DNA of 64,000 bases from Gammaproteobacteria bacterium (GTDB lineage: Bacteria; Pseudomonadota; Gammaproteobacteria; GCA-001735895): contig JBNKUM010000040.1 in assembly GCA_050298595.1 (NCBI GenBank), positions 1 to 64,000 of the forward strand. Reading direction: 5' to 3'. Below the pieces are notes generated by a model. That model had not been told where the DNA came from. It did no database searches and saw only the letters and a program-made list of their open reading frames with translations. The translations under genes and the position numbers were made by a program. The number at the start of each line of letters is the position of its first letter. Position 1 is the first letter of the stretch. Below, piece after piece: positions 48,496-59,019 of this stretch.

Positions 48496-51036
48496 ATGAC
48501 TAAGTCTCTCTGGAAGAAAGACTGGTTTATCGGCTTATTGCTGATGTTACTCTTCCTGCTACTTGCAAATACACGCTTCATTCAATCCATTGAATGGCTG
48601 GCCTATGATATGGGTTTACGCTTTTCATCGGTCAAACCGGCGAATAAGGATATAGTAGTGGTGGCAATTGATGACCGCTCACTACATACTTATGGTGCCT
48701 GGCCGTGGCCCCGCACTCTGCTGGCAGAAGCCACACGCAAGCTAGCCAGATCTCGTCCCGATGTCATTGGTTTTACTGTTCCCTTCGATGTCCCACAAAA
48801 TAATCGAAGTCTGGATCAAATCGAAAAGCTTAAGCAGGCTTTGACCGATGCCCGAGCTATGCACGGTAAAGTTCTCAAAGCATTTCGAGCCACACAGTCC
48901 ACATTGTTGGCCGATCAGGTTCTGGCTTCACGTTTCCGTACTTCCGGTCGTATTGTGCTAGCAATACCCTATGGTAAAGATTTCAGCCAGGAGACCGAAC
49001 CCACAGGGCCATTGCCGGATTATCTGAACAAATTCACGCTGCAATATGTAAATACTAAAGCCCCTGATACTCAACTGTTACCCTGGTTGAAACAGAATCC
49101 AGTTCCAACGGCGGATATTGTTTACCCTCCGATAGAGACTCTTAGCAAAGAGGTGGGAGGCGCGGGTGTAATATATCTGGGTGGTGACAATCCGGACTCA
49201 GCCAGGCGTCAACCGCTGATAGTACGCTATGCAGACCAGTATCTTCCCTCTTTCACACTCATGCTGGCTGTGCGGCATCAACGTATGGCAACCAGTCACA
49301 TCAGTGCCACATTAGGCGACAGCCTGAAACTGGATGGAAAGAAACTACAAACCGACCGTCAGTTGCATATCTACCCGCGTTATTACAAGCAGAAGAATAA
49401 TCAACCCGCTTTCAAAGTTTATTCCATGGCAGACATCCTGGAAGATCAACTGGATAAATCATCGCTACGCGATAAAATTGTTATCGTTGGCGTAACCTCA
49501 AGACAACATGCACGCCCTGTCATAACGCCTATCGGAGAAGCAATGTCTCCAACACTGGTGATAGCACATACCGTATCCAGCCTGCTGAACGAGGAACTAT
49601 ACAAGGCACCGGACTGGACTACTCTGGTACAGGCTTTGGCTATTATCATCGTCGGACTGTACCTGATGTTCATCCTGCCGCGCTTGCCCACGGGTACTGC
49701 CTTAGTCATCAGTTTGTTGATCATCATCGCATTATTCAATGCGCATTTCTTTTTCATGATATCTGAATCGACCTGGATACCGCTGATGACAGCTCTGCTG
49801 ACATTACTATCTGGACACCTGCTGATCGGATTCAAAAAAGTGATCGAAAATCGTGCTGACCTTGTATATGGCGAATTATCCAACGCTAATCATCAACTGG
49901 GACAATCTTATCAATCGCAGGGCCAGCTCGATCAGGCATTTGAAAAGTATCGCAACTGCCGTATTGATCAAACCCTGCTGCACCAGCTATATAACCTGGG
50001 TCTTGATTATGAACGCAAACGCCAGTTCAACAAGGCTGTTTCGGTATTCGAATTTATCGCGCAACACGATGATGCATTCAGAGATATTGATGAGCGCATC
50101 TCACGTAATAGAGAGGCATCCACCGCCATAGTGTTCAACGGTACTACCTCATCGGGTAATAAGACCAACCTGTTTCTAGGTAAATCCGGCTTACAGAAAC
50201 CAATGCTAGGTCGCTATCAAATCGACAGAGAGATCGGTAAAGGCGCTATGGGTACAGTTTATCTAGGACACGATCCCAGAATCAGCCGCACTGTTGCGAT
50301 CAAGACACTATCGCTGACTGAGGAATTTGAAAACGAAAAACTGGAAGAGATTAAGAGTCGTTTCTTCCGTGAGGCCGAAGCAGCTGGCCGCCTTAAGCAT
50401 CCTAATATTGTGACCATCTACGACATTGGGGAGGATCAGGATCTGGCCTATATCGCGATGGATTACCTTGAGGGCAAAGATCTCAGTTCCTATTGCAAAA
50501 AGGACAGGCGTCTACCCGATGAAGAAGTATTAAAAGTAATCATACAGGTCGCCAGAGCGCTGGATTATGCACATGCGAACCATGTCGTTCATCGTGACAT
50601 CAAGCCTGCGAATATTATCTACGACGAAATTACAGGCAAACCCACCGTAACCGATTTTGGTGTGGCCTGCTTGACAGATTCGAGCAAAACTAAAACAGGA
50701 ACCGTACTCGGCAGTCCTTATTATATGTCACCCGAACAACTGGCTGGCGGCAAGGTGGATGGACGCTCCGATCTATTTTCACTAGGCGTCACTCTGTATC
50801 AAATGCTATCGGGTGAACTCCCTTTTCTGGGCGATTCTATGGCCAATCTAATGTACAAGATCACCAACGAAAAACACATGGATATCCGCATTCTGCGACC
50901 TGATCTGCCCAGTTGTGTCGCTAACCTGATCAACAAAGCTCTCTGCAAGGATATCGAGAAGCGCTTTCAGTCCGGCAAGTTGATGGTGACATCGATACAG
51001 CGTTGTAGTGAAAAACTGGGGGATACCTTTATTTGA
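48496..51036 (+). CDS. CHASE2-TM-TPR-Ser/Thr (Hanks) protein kinase
   Basis: VVAIDDRS..G.WPWPR (CHASE2), three TMs, LYNLGLDYERKR, GKGAMG, VAIK, HRDIKPAN, DFG, YMSPEQ. Confidence 0.93.
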   Translation: MTKSLWKKDWFIGLLLMLLFLLLANTRFIQSIEWLAYDMGLRFSSVKPANKDIVVVAIDDRSLHTYGAWPWPRTLLAEATRKLARSRPDVIGFTVPFDVPQNNRSLDQIEKLKQALTDARAMHGKVLKAFRATQSTLLADQVLASRFRTSGRIVLAIPYGKDFSQETEPTGPLPDYLNKFTLQYVNTKAPDTQLLPWLKQNPVPTADIVYPPIETLSKEVGGAGVIYLGGDNPDSARRQPLIVRYADQYLPSFTLMLAVRHQRMATSHISATLGDSLKLDGKKLQTDRQLHIYPRYYKQKNNQPAFKVYSMADILEDQLDKSSLRDKIVIVGVTSRQHARPVITPIGEAMSPTLVIAHTVSSLLNEELYKAPDWTTLVQALAIIIVGLYLMFILPRLPTGTALVISLLIIIALFNAHFFFMISESTWIPLMTALLTLLSGHLLIGFKKVIENRADLVYGELSNANHQLGQSYQSQGQLDQAFEKYRNCRIDQTLLHQLYNLGLDYERKRQFNKAVSVFEFIAQHDDAFRDIDERISRNREASTAIVFNGTTSSGNKTNLFLGKSGLQKPMLGRYQIDREIGKGAMGTVYLGHDPRISRTVAIKTLSLTEEFENEKLEEIKSRFFREAEAAGRLKHPNIVTIYDIGEDQDLAYIAMDYLEGKDLSSYCKKDRRLPDEEVLKVIIQVARALDYAHANHVVHRDIKPANIIYDEITGKPTVTDFGVACLTDSSKTKTGTVLGSPYYMSPEQLAGGKVDGRSDLFSLGVTLYQMLSGELPFLGDSMANLMYKITNEKHMDIRILRPDLPSCVANLINKALCKDIEKRFQSGKLMVTSIQRCSEKLGDTFI

Positions 51037-51128
51037 ACCTTCTGATTTTTTGCGAATTACGTTCACTACTGGAACTCCCTGCAACTGAGGGAATCTAACG
51101 AAAACCAAATAATCAATAAAGCTATAAA

Positions 51129-51692
51129 ATGATGCTGATAAGAATTATCTTCTGGTTTTCGCTGGTCGCAATTTTTACAGGTTGCCAGACCTATAACGGA
51201 TCTATAGATAGAAACCGTCCCACCTATACCCCCCCTGTGGATAGCATCATTGAATTACACCAACCCCTCAGCGTCTATCCGGGTTACAGCAGGAGTTTTA
51301 TTCAATTTGGTAAGGCATTAAAAGCCAGTGAACTTAATCAACGCTATCCCTGGTGCCAGTTCCGCTTGTACGAACCTGCGTCAGCTTTAGAGACAGAACG
51401 CAGTATACAGCCGGATCGTTTTCTGGTTACCCAGTCGAATAGAAGAATGGAAAATGTTGCATCGAATCCGCGTGTGCTGGCTTCATCTATACTGTTAATA
51501 AATATGCTGGATGATGATCCATCCGATCAATATCTGTCCAGCATTATGCGTATCCAGTCAGAAACGCAACCGCAGGTATTTGAATTCAAGTGCTCGATTT
51601 ACACCGAGCCACGTATTTATAACTATGTCACTATTAATGAAATGCAACAGGCGTTAGGAGATGTGGCGACGATCCGTTTACCCGCACAATAA
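51129..51692 (+). CDS. Hypothetical lipoprotein
   Basis: Hydrophobic leader ending in FTGC lipobox. Confidence 0.7.
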   Translation: MMLIRIIFWFSLVAIFTGCQTYNGSIDRNRPTYTPPVDSIIELHQPLSVYPGYSRSFIQFGKALKASELNQRYPWCQFRLYEPASALETERSIQPDRFLVTQSNRRMENVASNPRVLASSILLINMLDDDPSDQYLSSIMRIQSETQPQVFEFKCSIYTEPRIYNYVTINEMQQALGDVATIRLPAQ

Positions 51693-51704
51693 AGACAGGG
51701 CTGT

Positions 51705-52661
51705 TTATTGATTCTTCACAGATGACATAATCTCACGTTTACTACTCTGGAATTCCTGATTCTCCGGATCAAGCTCAAGCGCCTGATTTACCGACATAAT
51801 CGCAGCCTTAAACTTACCCTGAAAAAGCTGCGCATAAGCCAGGTTATTCCAGCTTTCAGCGCGCTGTGTATCTAGTTGTGTCGCCTGCAAATACAAAGAT
51901 TCTGCCTGTGCATAATCCTGTTTAGCAAAAGCAGCATTCGCCAGCCCCATCAACAAAATATAGCTTTGAGGCCAGCGCCTGAAACCATTCTGGTACATCT
52001 TTTGATTTAAATCAGGTAATAACTTAGGTTCCAGCGCGACTGCTGCCTGGATAAAGCTTTCCTGGGTAGCTGTTAGCGGCATGACATCAGGGGGAATCAC
52101 CACCACCGACCAGTAGCTCGATCTTTCCCAGGTTCGTTCAAATACGCCAAAGGGACGTACTAATCTTTTAATTTCACCCGATCTCATAATGAGTTGCTGA
52201 TTCTCCAAGTCGTAGCCAACAATCACTGCATAGTGCCAGAATGGATAAAACCCATAGCCAAGGTTCTGGAGTACAAGAACCGGATGCCCTGCTGCCACCT
52301 CACTCAAGATCGAATTCAACTGTCCATCCTGTTCTATCGCTAGCAATTTATACTGCCTCACTGCAGCGAGCATTTCAGCCTGCAGTGAGCCTTTCAACTG
52401 TGGTATGTACACCATCGGCAATAACTGCTCGGGTGAGGTGGATTGCTGATAGTAATTAATCACTGTGGCCAGTGCCGCAGGGCCGCACTGATATTTTTGT
52501 TGAGGATAAAAAGGAACTTCCTCAAGCTCTACCAGAGGTGGAATATCAGGAGGATGGTCAAGCAGTTGCCGGGTTTGCGGCGTAGTCGCACAGGCGGAAA
52601 TACCCAGCAATAAAATCAACACAGCTGCCAGGCGGCGGCTGTGTTGTAGTCCAGTCTTCAA
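51705..52661 (-). CDS. PA2778-family C39-like cysteine peptidase lipoprotein with TPR
   Basis: ISAC lipobox, VPFYPQ..YQCGPAALA, PVLVLQNLG...WHYAVIVGYD, WNNLAYA. Confidence 0.88.
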   Translation of the reverse strand: MKTGLQHSRRLAAVLILLLGISACATTPQTRQLLDHPPDIPPLVELEEVPFYPQQKYQCGPAALATVINYYQQSTSPEQLLPMVYIPQLKGSLQAEMLAAVRQYKLLAIEQDGQLNSILSEVAAGHPVLVLQNLGYGFYPFWHYAVIVGYDLENQQLIMRSGEIKRLVRPFGVFERTWERSSYWSVVVIPPDVMPLTATQESFIQAAVALEPKLLPDLNQKMYQNGFRRWPQSYILLMGLANAAFAKQDYAQAESLYLQATQLDTQRAESWNNLAYAQLFQGKFKAAIMSVNQALELDPENQEFQSSKREIMSSVKNQ

Positions 52662-52667
52662 ATTAGA

Positions 52668-53039
52668 TTATCTGACAGGTTCAATAAAAGGGAAGATATC
52701 GGTTGCTCCAATCACATCTGTAATCACAAACACGATGAAGATAGTCAACAGAATACCGCCTGCACTTGCACCAGCAGGAAGATCGGATAACTGACTGGAG
52801 ATATCCGCAACCTGTTGATCTGACAGACTATCAATTCTTGCCTTAGCCATTTCAGGCTCAACACCCAGGTCTATCAGCTGGTTTAGAATTGACATGCGCG
52901 CCTGCTGGTCCTGTTGAGTCAGGCTGTGTGGCAGTAAATTTTGCGTGCCAACCATACCTGCGTTGGCGGCCTGTGGCAGGCCGGCGATAAATACCAGTGC
53001 CATAATGATTGAAGCTAAATTAATCTTATATTTATTCAT
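52668..53039 (-). CDS. PA2779-family protein
   Basis: LGV....A..R...LSD, LPAG, FIVFVITDVIGATDIFPF; usual partner of PA2778. Confidence 0.85.
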   Translation of the reverse strand: MNKYKINLASIIMALVFIAGLPQAANAGMVGTQNLLPHSLTQQDQQARMSILNQLIDLGVEPEMAKARIDSLSDQQVADISSQLSDLPAGASAGGILLTIFIVFVITDVIGATDIFPFIEPVR

Positions 53040-53250
53040 AAACAACTCCGCTAGTTAAACTAGTTAATATATGTAAAACCGTAGAGATGCTAACAGGATT
53101 TTAAGTTTTATGAAATAAATTGGTTTTCTAAATATTTACGGTGAGTCATCAACTGCTAGCAAGCGAAGCCAGCCCGCTAAACTGTAGATTCATATATCGC
53201 TTACTATGCTACTATTTAATAGATATAAAGCTAATTGAGGAAAGGGAATC

Positions 53251-55698
53251 ATGCCATTATCAGAAGCAATCCTTATCTTAATGGCTTTATTGCTCATCGG
53301 TGTTTTTGCATCCGGCATGGGGCGAAGCTCACCTGTCCCATACACGGTTCTTCTAGTCACTATTGGTATCGCCCTTAGCGAGCTATCTCTGCTCTGGCAA
53401 CCACTCGCTATCATCAAAGATTTTAAACTTACACCCGAGATGGTGTTATTTGTCTTTCTGCCGACACTGGTTTTTGAGTCTGGACTTAAACTTGACTCAC
53501 GCCAGCTAATTAAGGATATCGCCCCAGTTATGATGCTGGCAATACCCGCCCTGTTCCTCTCAACGACCATTATTGGTGTAGGGATCTGGCTACTATTTAC
53601 TATTGATCTCATCACCGCCCTGCTCTTTGGAGCACTTATCTCAGCCACCGACCCTGTGGCTGTTATATCCCTCTTTAAGGAATTAGGTGCCCCCCAGAGA
53701 CTGACAGTACTGATTGAGGGCGAGTCTTTGATGAATGATGCCTCAGCCATCGTCCTTTTCTCTATTTTACTGGGGTTGTCTCTAGCCGATGATGCAGCCA
53801 GCTTTAGCCTGGCGGCTGGATTATTACAATTTATCGAAGTCTTTTTCGGCGGTATCGTTGTCGGGGCTGTTCTCGGATATTTTGTCTGCAGCATCATAAA
53901 TCGCATGCGCCTGTCAACAGGCGCCGTCATCTCACTATCCATGGGAATGGCCTATGGAACATTCATCATTGCTGAGCACTATCTCCACCTTTCAGGCGTT
54001 ATGGCGGTGGTATCCAGTGCCATCATCTTCGGGATTATCGGTGCCCCCAGGCTCTCGCAGGAGAAGACTATCGCTCTGGGAGAGACCTGGGAATTTATGG
54101 TATTTGTTGCCAACACCCTGCTCTTTATCCTGGTAGGAGTTTCCATTGATACCGCCTCCCTGATAGACCATATCAACACTATCTCTATTGCTATTATCCT
54201 GGTCTTAATCGCCCGTGCCAGCGCCATCTACACACTGGTCCCTCTCACCGTATGGATGTTTAAATTACCCAAAATATCGCTCAGTGAACGGCATGTGATG
54301 TGGTGGGGCGGACTTAAAGGTGCCCTCGCTATCGCCATTGTCCTGTCGATACCTGAAAGCCTTCCCGGCAAAGAGTTATTAATTAACCTCACCCTTGGGG
54401 TTGTACTGTTTACCCTGCTGGTTAACGCCCCATCAATTCGTTCGTTAATCCGCATGCTTGGCATCAATGAGATGAACCCATATGAAAAGGCCGAGTTTAA
54501 GATGGGCATAGAGGAAACCAGAGCGAGCACCCAACGACTGCTCACAAAATTTCGTGATGCAAAAATCCTCTCAAACACCAGTCTGCATCAGGTAGAAAAA
54601 CAGTCTGATACTATCCTTAAGGCTAGCCTGCCGGAGAGTTCAGCAGAGAATAGACTACGACTTGTACGACTCAACCTGTTGGGAGTGGAGAGCAACGTAC
54701 TCAACCAGCTCTACCATCAGGGTGTGATACAGCAATACACCTTTCTCGACCTTAGAGGAGAATTAAGGCGCAAAAGAGAGCATCTAATCAGTGGTATACA
54801 TGGCGAAAACAGCATTCAGGCACGCAAGAACAATCTCTTCCTGAGATTAGAAGATAGCATTTTAAGGCAACTCAGAGAGCACGACTGGGCGACGAGCCTG
54901 CTGGTTTCCTATCAAAACAGGCGCATCTCTCAACATTTAATTAAAGATATTGCCAGCGTCTTTATGACCCAGGCCGCCCTTGATGAGAGTGCCAGGATAG
55001 ACAGTATCAGCACTGATGAAATTAAGCAGTTGCAGCAGGGGTATCAGAAGCGTTTTGATATTTTCATCAAGCGTATTACAGAAACCAGAATGAACTATCC
55101 TGAGTTCTACAGGCGTTATGAGCAGCACCTCTCACTACGCACAGCAATCAGAGGGGCAATTCAGGATGTAGATACCAGCCTGCAGCACAGCACCATCGGA
55201 GGAAAGGCCTACGCCAGCATCCGCCAGATACTCCTCTCTGCGCTGATAAGCATTCCTCCAATTAGCAAACCGGTTCAGGAGCTTGATAAGCAGCAGTTAA
55301 TCACTATCGTTCCTCTGTTTAAGGGTCTGCCTGATTCAATCTCCAGAAAATTAAGCGAAAAAGCCAGACTCATCACCTTCCTGGCTGATGATACCGTGGT
55401 GGAACAGGGCGAACATGGTAACGCACTGTATATCATCGTTAATGGTCTATTTGGAGTTTTCAAGGTTAATGAATCAGGTGAAGAACAGCTCATTGCCCAA
55501 TTGACTGATGGTGACTTTTTTGGCGAAACGGGCCTGCTTAATCATTCGGTTAGAACGGCAACAGTCAGGTCTATTAGATCAGGCAGTGTGCTACGCATTG
55601 ATCACAAAACGATTACCCGAATCGCAAAACAGCACCATGAAATTGCCGAAAGACTGCAGCAGGCTCGCGAGAAAAGGGGAATGAGTCGCACCTGCTAG
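53251..55698 (+). CDS. CPA1 Na+/H+ antiporter with C-terminal cyclic-nucleotide-binding domain
   Basis: FLP.LVFE, SATDPVAV, EGESLMNDA, WGGLKGA; EQGE.G.ALYII..G, GDFFGE..LL..RTATV. Confidence 0.92.
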   Translation: MPLSEAILILMALLLIGVFASGMGRSSPVPYTVLLVTIGIALSELSLLWQPLAIIKDFKLTPEMVLFVFLPTLVFESGLKLDSRQLIKDIAPVMMLAIPALFLSTTIIGVGIWLLFTIDLITALLFGALISATDPVAVISLFKELGAPQRLTVLIEGESLMNDASAIVLFSILLGLSLADDAASFSLAAGLLQFIEVFFGGIVVGAVLGYFVCSIINRMRLSTGAVISLSMGMAYGTFIIAEHYLHLSGVMAVVSSAIIFGIIGAPRLSQEKTIALGETWEFMVFVANTLLFILVGVSIDTASLIDHINTISIAIILVLIARASAIYTLVPLTVWMFKLPKISLSERHVMWWGGLKGALAIAIVLSIPESLPGKELLINLTLGVVLFTLLVNAPSIRSLIRMLGINEMNPYEKAEFKMGIEETRASTQRLLTKFRDAKILSNTSLHQVEKQSDTILKASLPESSAENRLRLVRLNLLGVESNVLNQLYHQGVIQQYTFLDLRGELRRKREHLISGIHGENSIQARKNNLFLRLEDSILRQLREHDWATSLLVSYQNRRISQHLIKDIASVFMTQAALDESARIDSISTDEIKQLQQGYQKRFDIFIKRITETRMNYPEFYRRYEQHLSLRTAIRGAIQDVDTSLQHSTIGGKAYASIRQILLSALISIPPISKPVQELDKQQLITIVPLFKGLPDSISRKLSEKARLITFLADDTVVEQGEHGNALYIIVNGLFGVFKVNESGEEQLIAQLTDGDFFGETGLLNHSVRTATVRSIRSGSVLRIDHKTITRIAKQHHEIAERLQQAREKRGMSRTC

Positions 55699-56019
55699 AT
55701 TTAATTTACTGAGGGCATAAAGCTTGGTTTTTAAGCAGATTATTGGCTGTATTCTGCTAGCCATAGCAGGGATCAGCGGCTCAGTTTATGCGTAAGTCAG
55801 TTATCAATTCGTCCTTAATCAACCTCTTCAAGATTTCAGTGGATCAACTACTCCTGATCATCCAGTTCCACTACAGGATGTTATTATTGAGAGGCATGTC
55901 CCTTATTCTGGTTACAGTGCTCCCTACGCACTCGGTTCGTCTATCTTTCAAGTAAAACACAGAATAACCAATTCCCTTCAAAAACGCATGTAATCAACAT
56001 GAGATTTCAAGAAAAAGTG

Positions 56020-57019
56020 AGGCTTCATGGCGTAGTAACGTGCTTCTCCCAATGACGCCCAGTGAGGAATTACACCTGGCTACCATCTTGGAGAAGCGAT
56101 CAAAGATGCGATAGTAACACCTAAAGACGGTTGGGATTATCACCGTGTCTATGATGACGACTACGGGTTGGCCCACCCTCCAAAGACTACCACAAACACA
56201 GAATATAATGTTAAAGAGGCCTGGAATGAATCACCATTTGGGGCCATTATCTGGTGGACTTATGGGTCGAAAGAAGGAACAGCTGGTATCATGGATATAA
56301 CTCATGCATCCACTTTGGATGACACGCATGCAGGGTTTACCTTCAAGGCTTCATCGACTAAATCCAATCCTGAGTATTCCGATAACCTTAGCTATTCCTT
56401 GTTAAAGAATGGGGGCATCAGCACAGTTGGTGCAACTCGTGCTTCCTGGTATTACCCTGGTCAAACGTCTTATTCTGGTACTACCACTGATTTAGGGATG
56501 TTTTGTGAGTACGCACAAAGGTTGATCACCGAAGGATATGTAAGCAGTCTAAGCCTGAACGATTTGAAACAGGTACTTTCACCTGGTAGAGCTTGTAGGT
56601 GGATGAACTTTACAGGCTTTAACATCTATGGCGACCTTTCCATTGGTCTGTTCTCTTTCAATTCGGATTTTATCCTGACGGCCAATAAACTAGGCACTAT
56701 CGAAGTTCGTTTTTCTGAAGGAAATGGAACCTTTGAAATACCGATTTTGATTAACGAAGACCTGGGAGTCAACTATGGCGAGTATTCTATTGCTGACTTT
56801 ACTGGTGACGGTTTGCAGGACTTTATTGTGGCTACAGACGAAAACCCTGCAAAACTCTATCTATTTACACGGACGGGCTTTACCGAGTTTCAGTGGAGCT
56901 TTCTAACTACGCTGGATGAAGCCCCTAAACCAACACCAGACCACGGCCTCGGTTTAACTGCCGTTGATCTAGATAATGATGACGATATTGATTTTCTGAT
57001 GACTCTGCTTCGTTTTTAG
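56020..57019 (+). pseudogene. Fragment of C25 (gingipain-like) peptidase with FG-GAP repeats
   Basis: Broken upstream frames (WRSNVLLP / GEAIK..HRVYDDDYG), GGISTVGATR.SWY, FNIYGD, ADFTGDG..DF, DLDNDDDIDF; no proper start, abrupt end. Confidence 0.55.
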
Positions 57020-57294
57020 ACACGGATGTAGCAGGGTCGGCGTTTCCTGGACTAAGTGGAAATGATATTTTATTAGCTAGTCTAAGATTTAGTGCCGCAA
57101 CTGTGGGAAGTTATTCAATTGGCATCCAGTCGGATATTTTGAATCTAAATCAAGGTCTTATCACGTCGCTTTATCCTCAAATTCAAATAGCTCCTGAAAC
57201 TTCTGTTCAAGTAACGGTGCCAGAACCTCATACGATATATCTACTTTCGCTTGGTCTTGTTGGTGCTGGTTTGGTGCGAATTAGACGTCGTTGA
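56998..57294 (+). pseudogene. C-terminal fragment of a PEP-CTERM protein
   Basis: DDSASFLDTDVAGSAFPG...VPEPHTIYLLSLGLVGAGLVRIRRR*; no start or signal peptide. Confidence 0.7.
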
Positions 57295-57420
57295 AAATTG
57301 GTTAATCTTATCATCCATGATCTGGAAACTATGGGCTGGAGCAGAAGAAGTGGTGACGAATGCAGGTAGATACGCAAGCAAAAAAATCATCAATTCCAGC
57401 GCTGATGATTTTACCCAATC

Positions 57421-57462
57421 AAAGGTACGCATTAGTGTGAAAGGTACGCATTAGTGTGAAAG
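57421..57462. repeat. 19-bp tandem duplication
   Basis: aaaggtacgcattagtgtg twice. Confidence 0.8.
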
Positions 57463-57497
57463 TATAAATATAGCTATTTGAGTAGCATGGTCACAAG

Positions 57498-57577
57498 TTC
57501 TAACCCTTCGCTCAAGCGGAACTGAGTAAAAGCGCGCAGCCCCTTAGCTCCACAATTGAATGACCGGGTCGTTAGTA
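57498..57577 (+). other. Degenerate integron attC-like site
   Basis: TTCTAACCCTTCGCTCAAGCGGA...GCCCCTTAGCTC typical R''/L''/L' boxes; R' (GTTRRRY) is damaged or displaced. Confidence 0.5.
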
Positions 57578-57881
57578 GTCATAGAAGGTCAGAATGTGAA
57601 CGACTCCCTCCTGGAAGCGATCGTTCCGGGTTATTGACTGCAGGTCTCTGCTGTTCCATGAGTGGTTAATTGCAATTGATACACCCAATCTCATCCGTAT
57701 CGACCTCGCCACCATTTCTGAGTATTACCTGAAACCACGGATTGAGGTATTAAACATTAAATATTGTGTTCCTATATTTAAGAGATACTTCAGTTTCTTT
57801 ATTTATTCTGCAGTACAACGTTCACCAGCTATAATTCTGGCCATTAACCTTCTAAAGAAACATATAGATAATTCCAGGATA

Positions 57882-58250
57882 ATGGCTAAACTTATTTTTA
57901 AACTTAAATCCGTGTCTTTCGAGGAAGCCGATGATATAAAAAATCTGCTAACCGAAAATAAAATTGATTTTTACGAGTCACCTGCCGGCAACTGGGGGGT
58001 ATCCATGCACGCGCTATGGTTGAATGATGAAGCTCAATGTGTTCAGGCAAAGCTGCTAATTGATGAATACCAGCTTAAAAGAAGCCAGCGGATAAAGCTA
58101 GAAACACAGCAGAAAATAGATGAAGGAGAGTTTGAAACATTTTTTCAGCGACTATTAAGCAGGCCTGTTCAGTTTATTATTCTTCTAGCAATTATACTTT
58201 TTATACTTTATTTATCTGTCATGCCTTTTCTCGAATTCGGTCAGGTATAA
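57882..58250 (+). CDS. DUF6164/DUF2007-like membrane-anchored protein
   Basis: F.L..V..EEADDI..LL....I.FYE..AG.WG.S..ALW, C-terminal TM. Confidence 0.8.
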   Translation: MAKLIFKLKSVSFEEADDIKNLLTENKIDFYESPAGNWGVSMHALWLNDEAQCVQAKLLIDEYQLKRSQRIKLETQQKIDEGEFETFFQRLLSRPVQFIILLAIILFILYLSVMPFLEFGQV

Positions 58251-58513
58251 AAGTCGTAGAGTTTATCGTGCTCGTCCAGGGCTTCGAAAAAACAGGCCAG
58301 GTAGCCGTCCATCTCACATTCGCTGCTATCTGGTGCCTTTAAGCTGGGGCGAGACTTGTTGGTAGTAAGGGGCTAGAGCACCTTGGCGCTGCCTTCGAGT
58401 ATGATACAGTTGAGTTTCTCGGCGAGGTCGTTGCTTGCTTATGCAATCTGTCAGGTAATAAAAAAACTTAATATCATAATGAAAGTACCGAATTTGACGG
58501 CTGGCTATGATAA

Positions 58514-58982
58514 GGTATTGTCAAGTTAAGGAGTACTCTGTCAGACTGATGATATGAATAATGAAAGCTCAAATTACCAGAGATATCGTTATCCAGCCGA
58601 GATCATCAGTCATGTAGTATGACTCAATCATCGGTTTAGTTTAACCTGAATCCATAATTTCATGGCGTAAGAGATTGATTTCACGGTAAAATTAAAAAAT
58701 CTTAGCTTCACCCATAGGTTTAGTGCTCGTTTACATGCACTTATCTTAAGGTAAGTGAGCATTTTTAAAACCGCTGATAGGTCAATAACTTGCATCAGGA
58801 GCCGGCATGAAACTACGAATTCAGGTTTAAGCTTTCGCGATGTAGAGGGTTCTACTGGCAGAGCGAGAAACTATAGTCACCTACGAAATTATTCGGAATG
58901 GGTACCGCAGTAAGTTCGATCCGGATGATGTTCGTGCCAACAAAAAGCACTGTAGCTCTCTCGGTAACACTTGACAGCAGCC
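58514..58982 (+). mobile_element. Internally deleted IS6-family element (transposase pseudogene)
   Basis: IRs ggtattgtcaagt / acttgacagcagcc; relic reads YRYPAEIISHVV*L.HRFSL|SFRDVE..LAER..V.YE.IR. Confidence 0.8.
58644..58826. mobile_element. MITE nested in the IS6 relic, TTA target duplication
   Basis: tta|acctgaatccataatttcatg ... catgaaactacgaattcaggt|tta; removal restores the transposase frame RFSLSFRDVE. Confidence 0.8.
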
Positions 58983-59019
58983 TAGTGTGTCTATAGATCT
59001 GGAATAAAACCAAAAACAG

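Noticed and set aside
58250-58440. GC-richer minus-strand coding-like fragment with internal stop
   Set aside because: Could not assign a family; too short to support.
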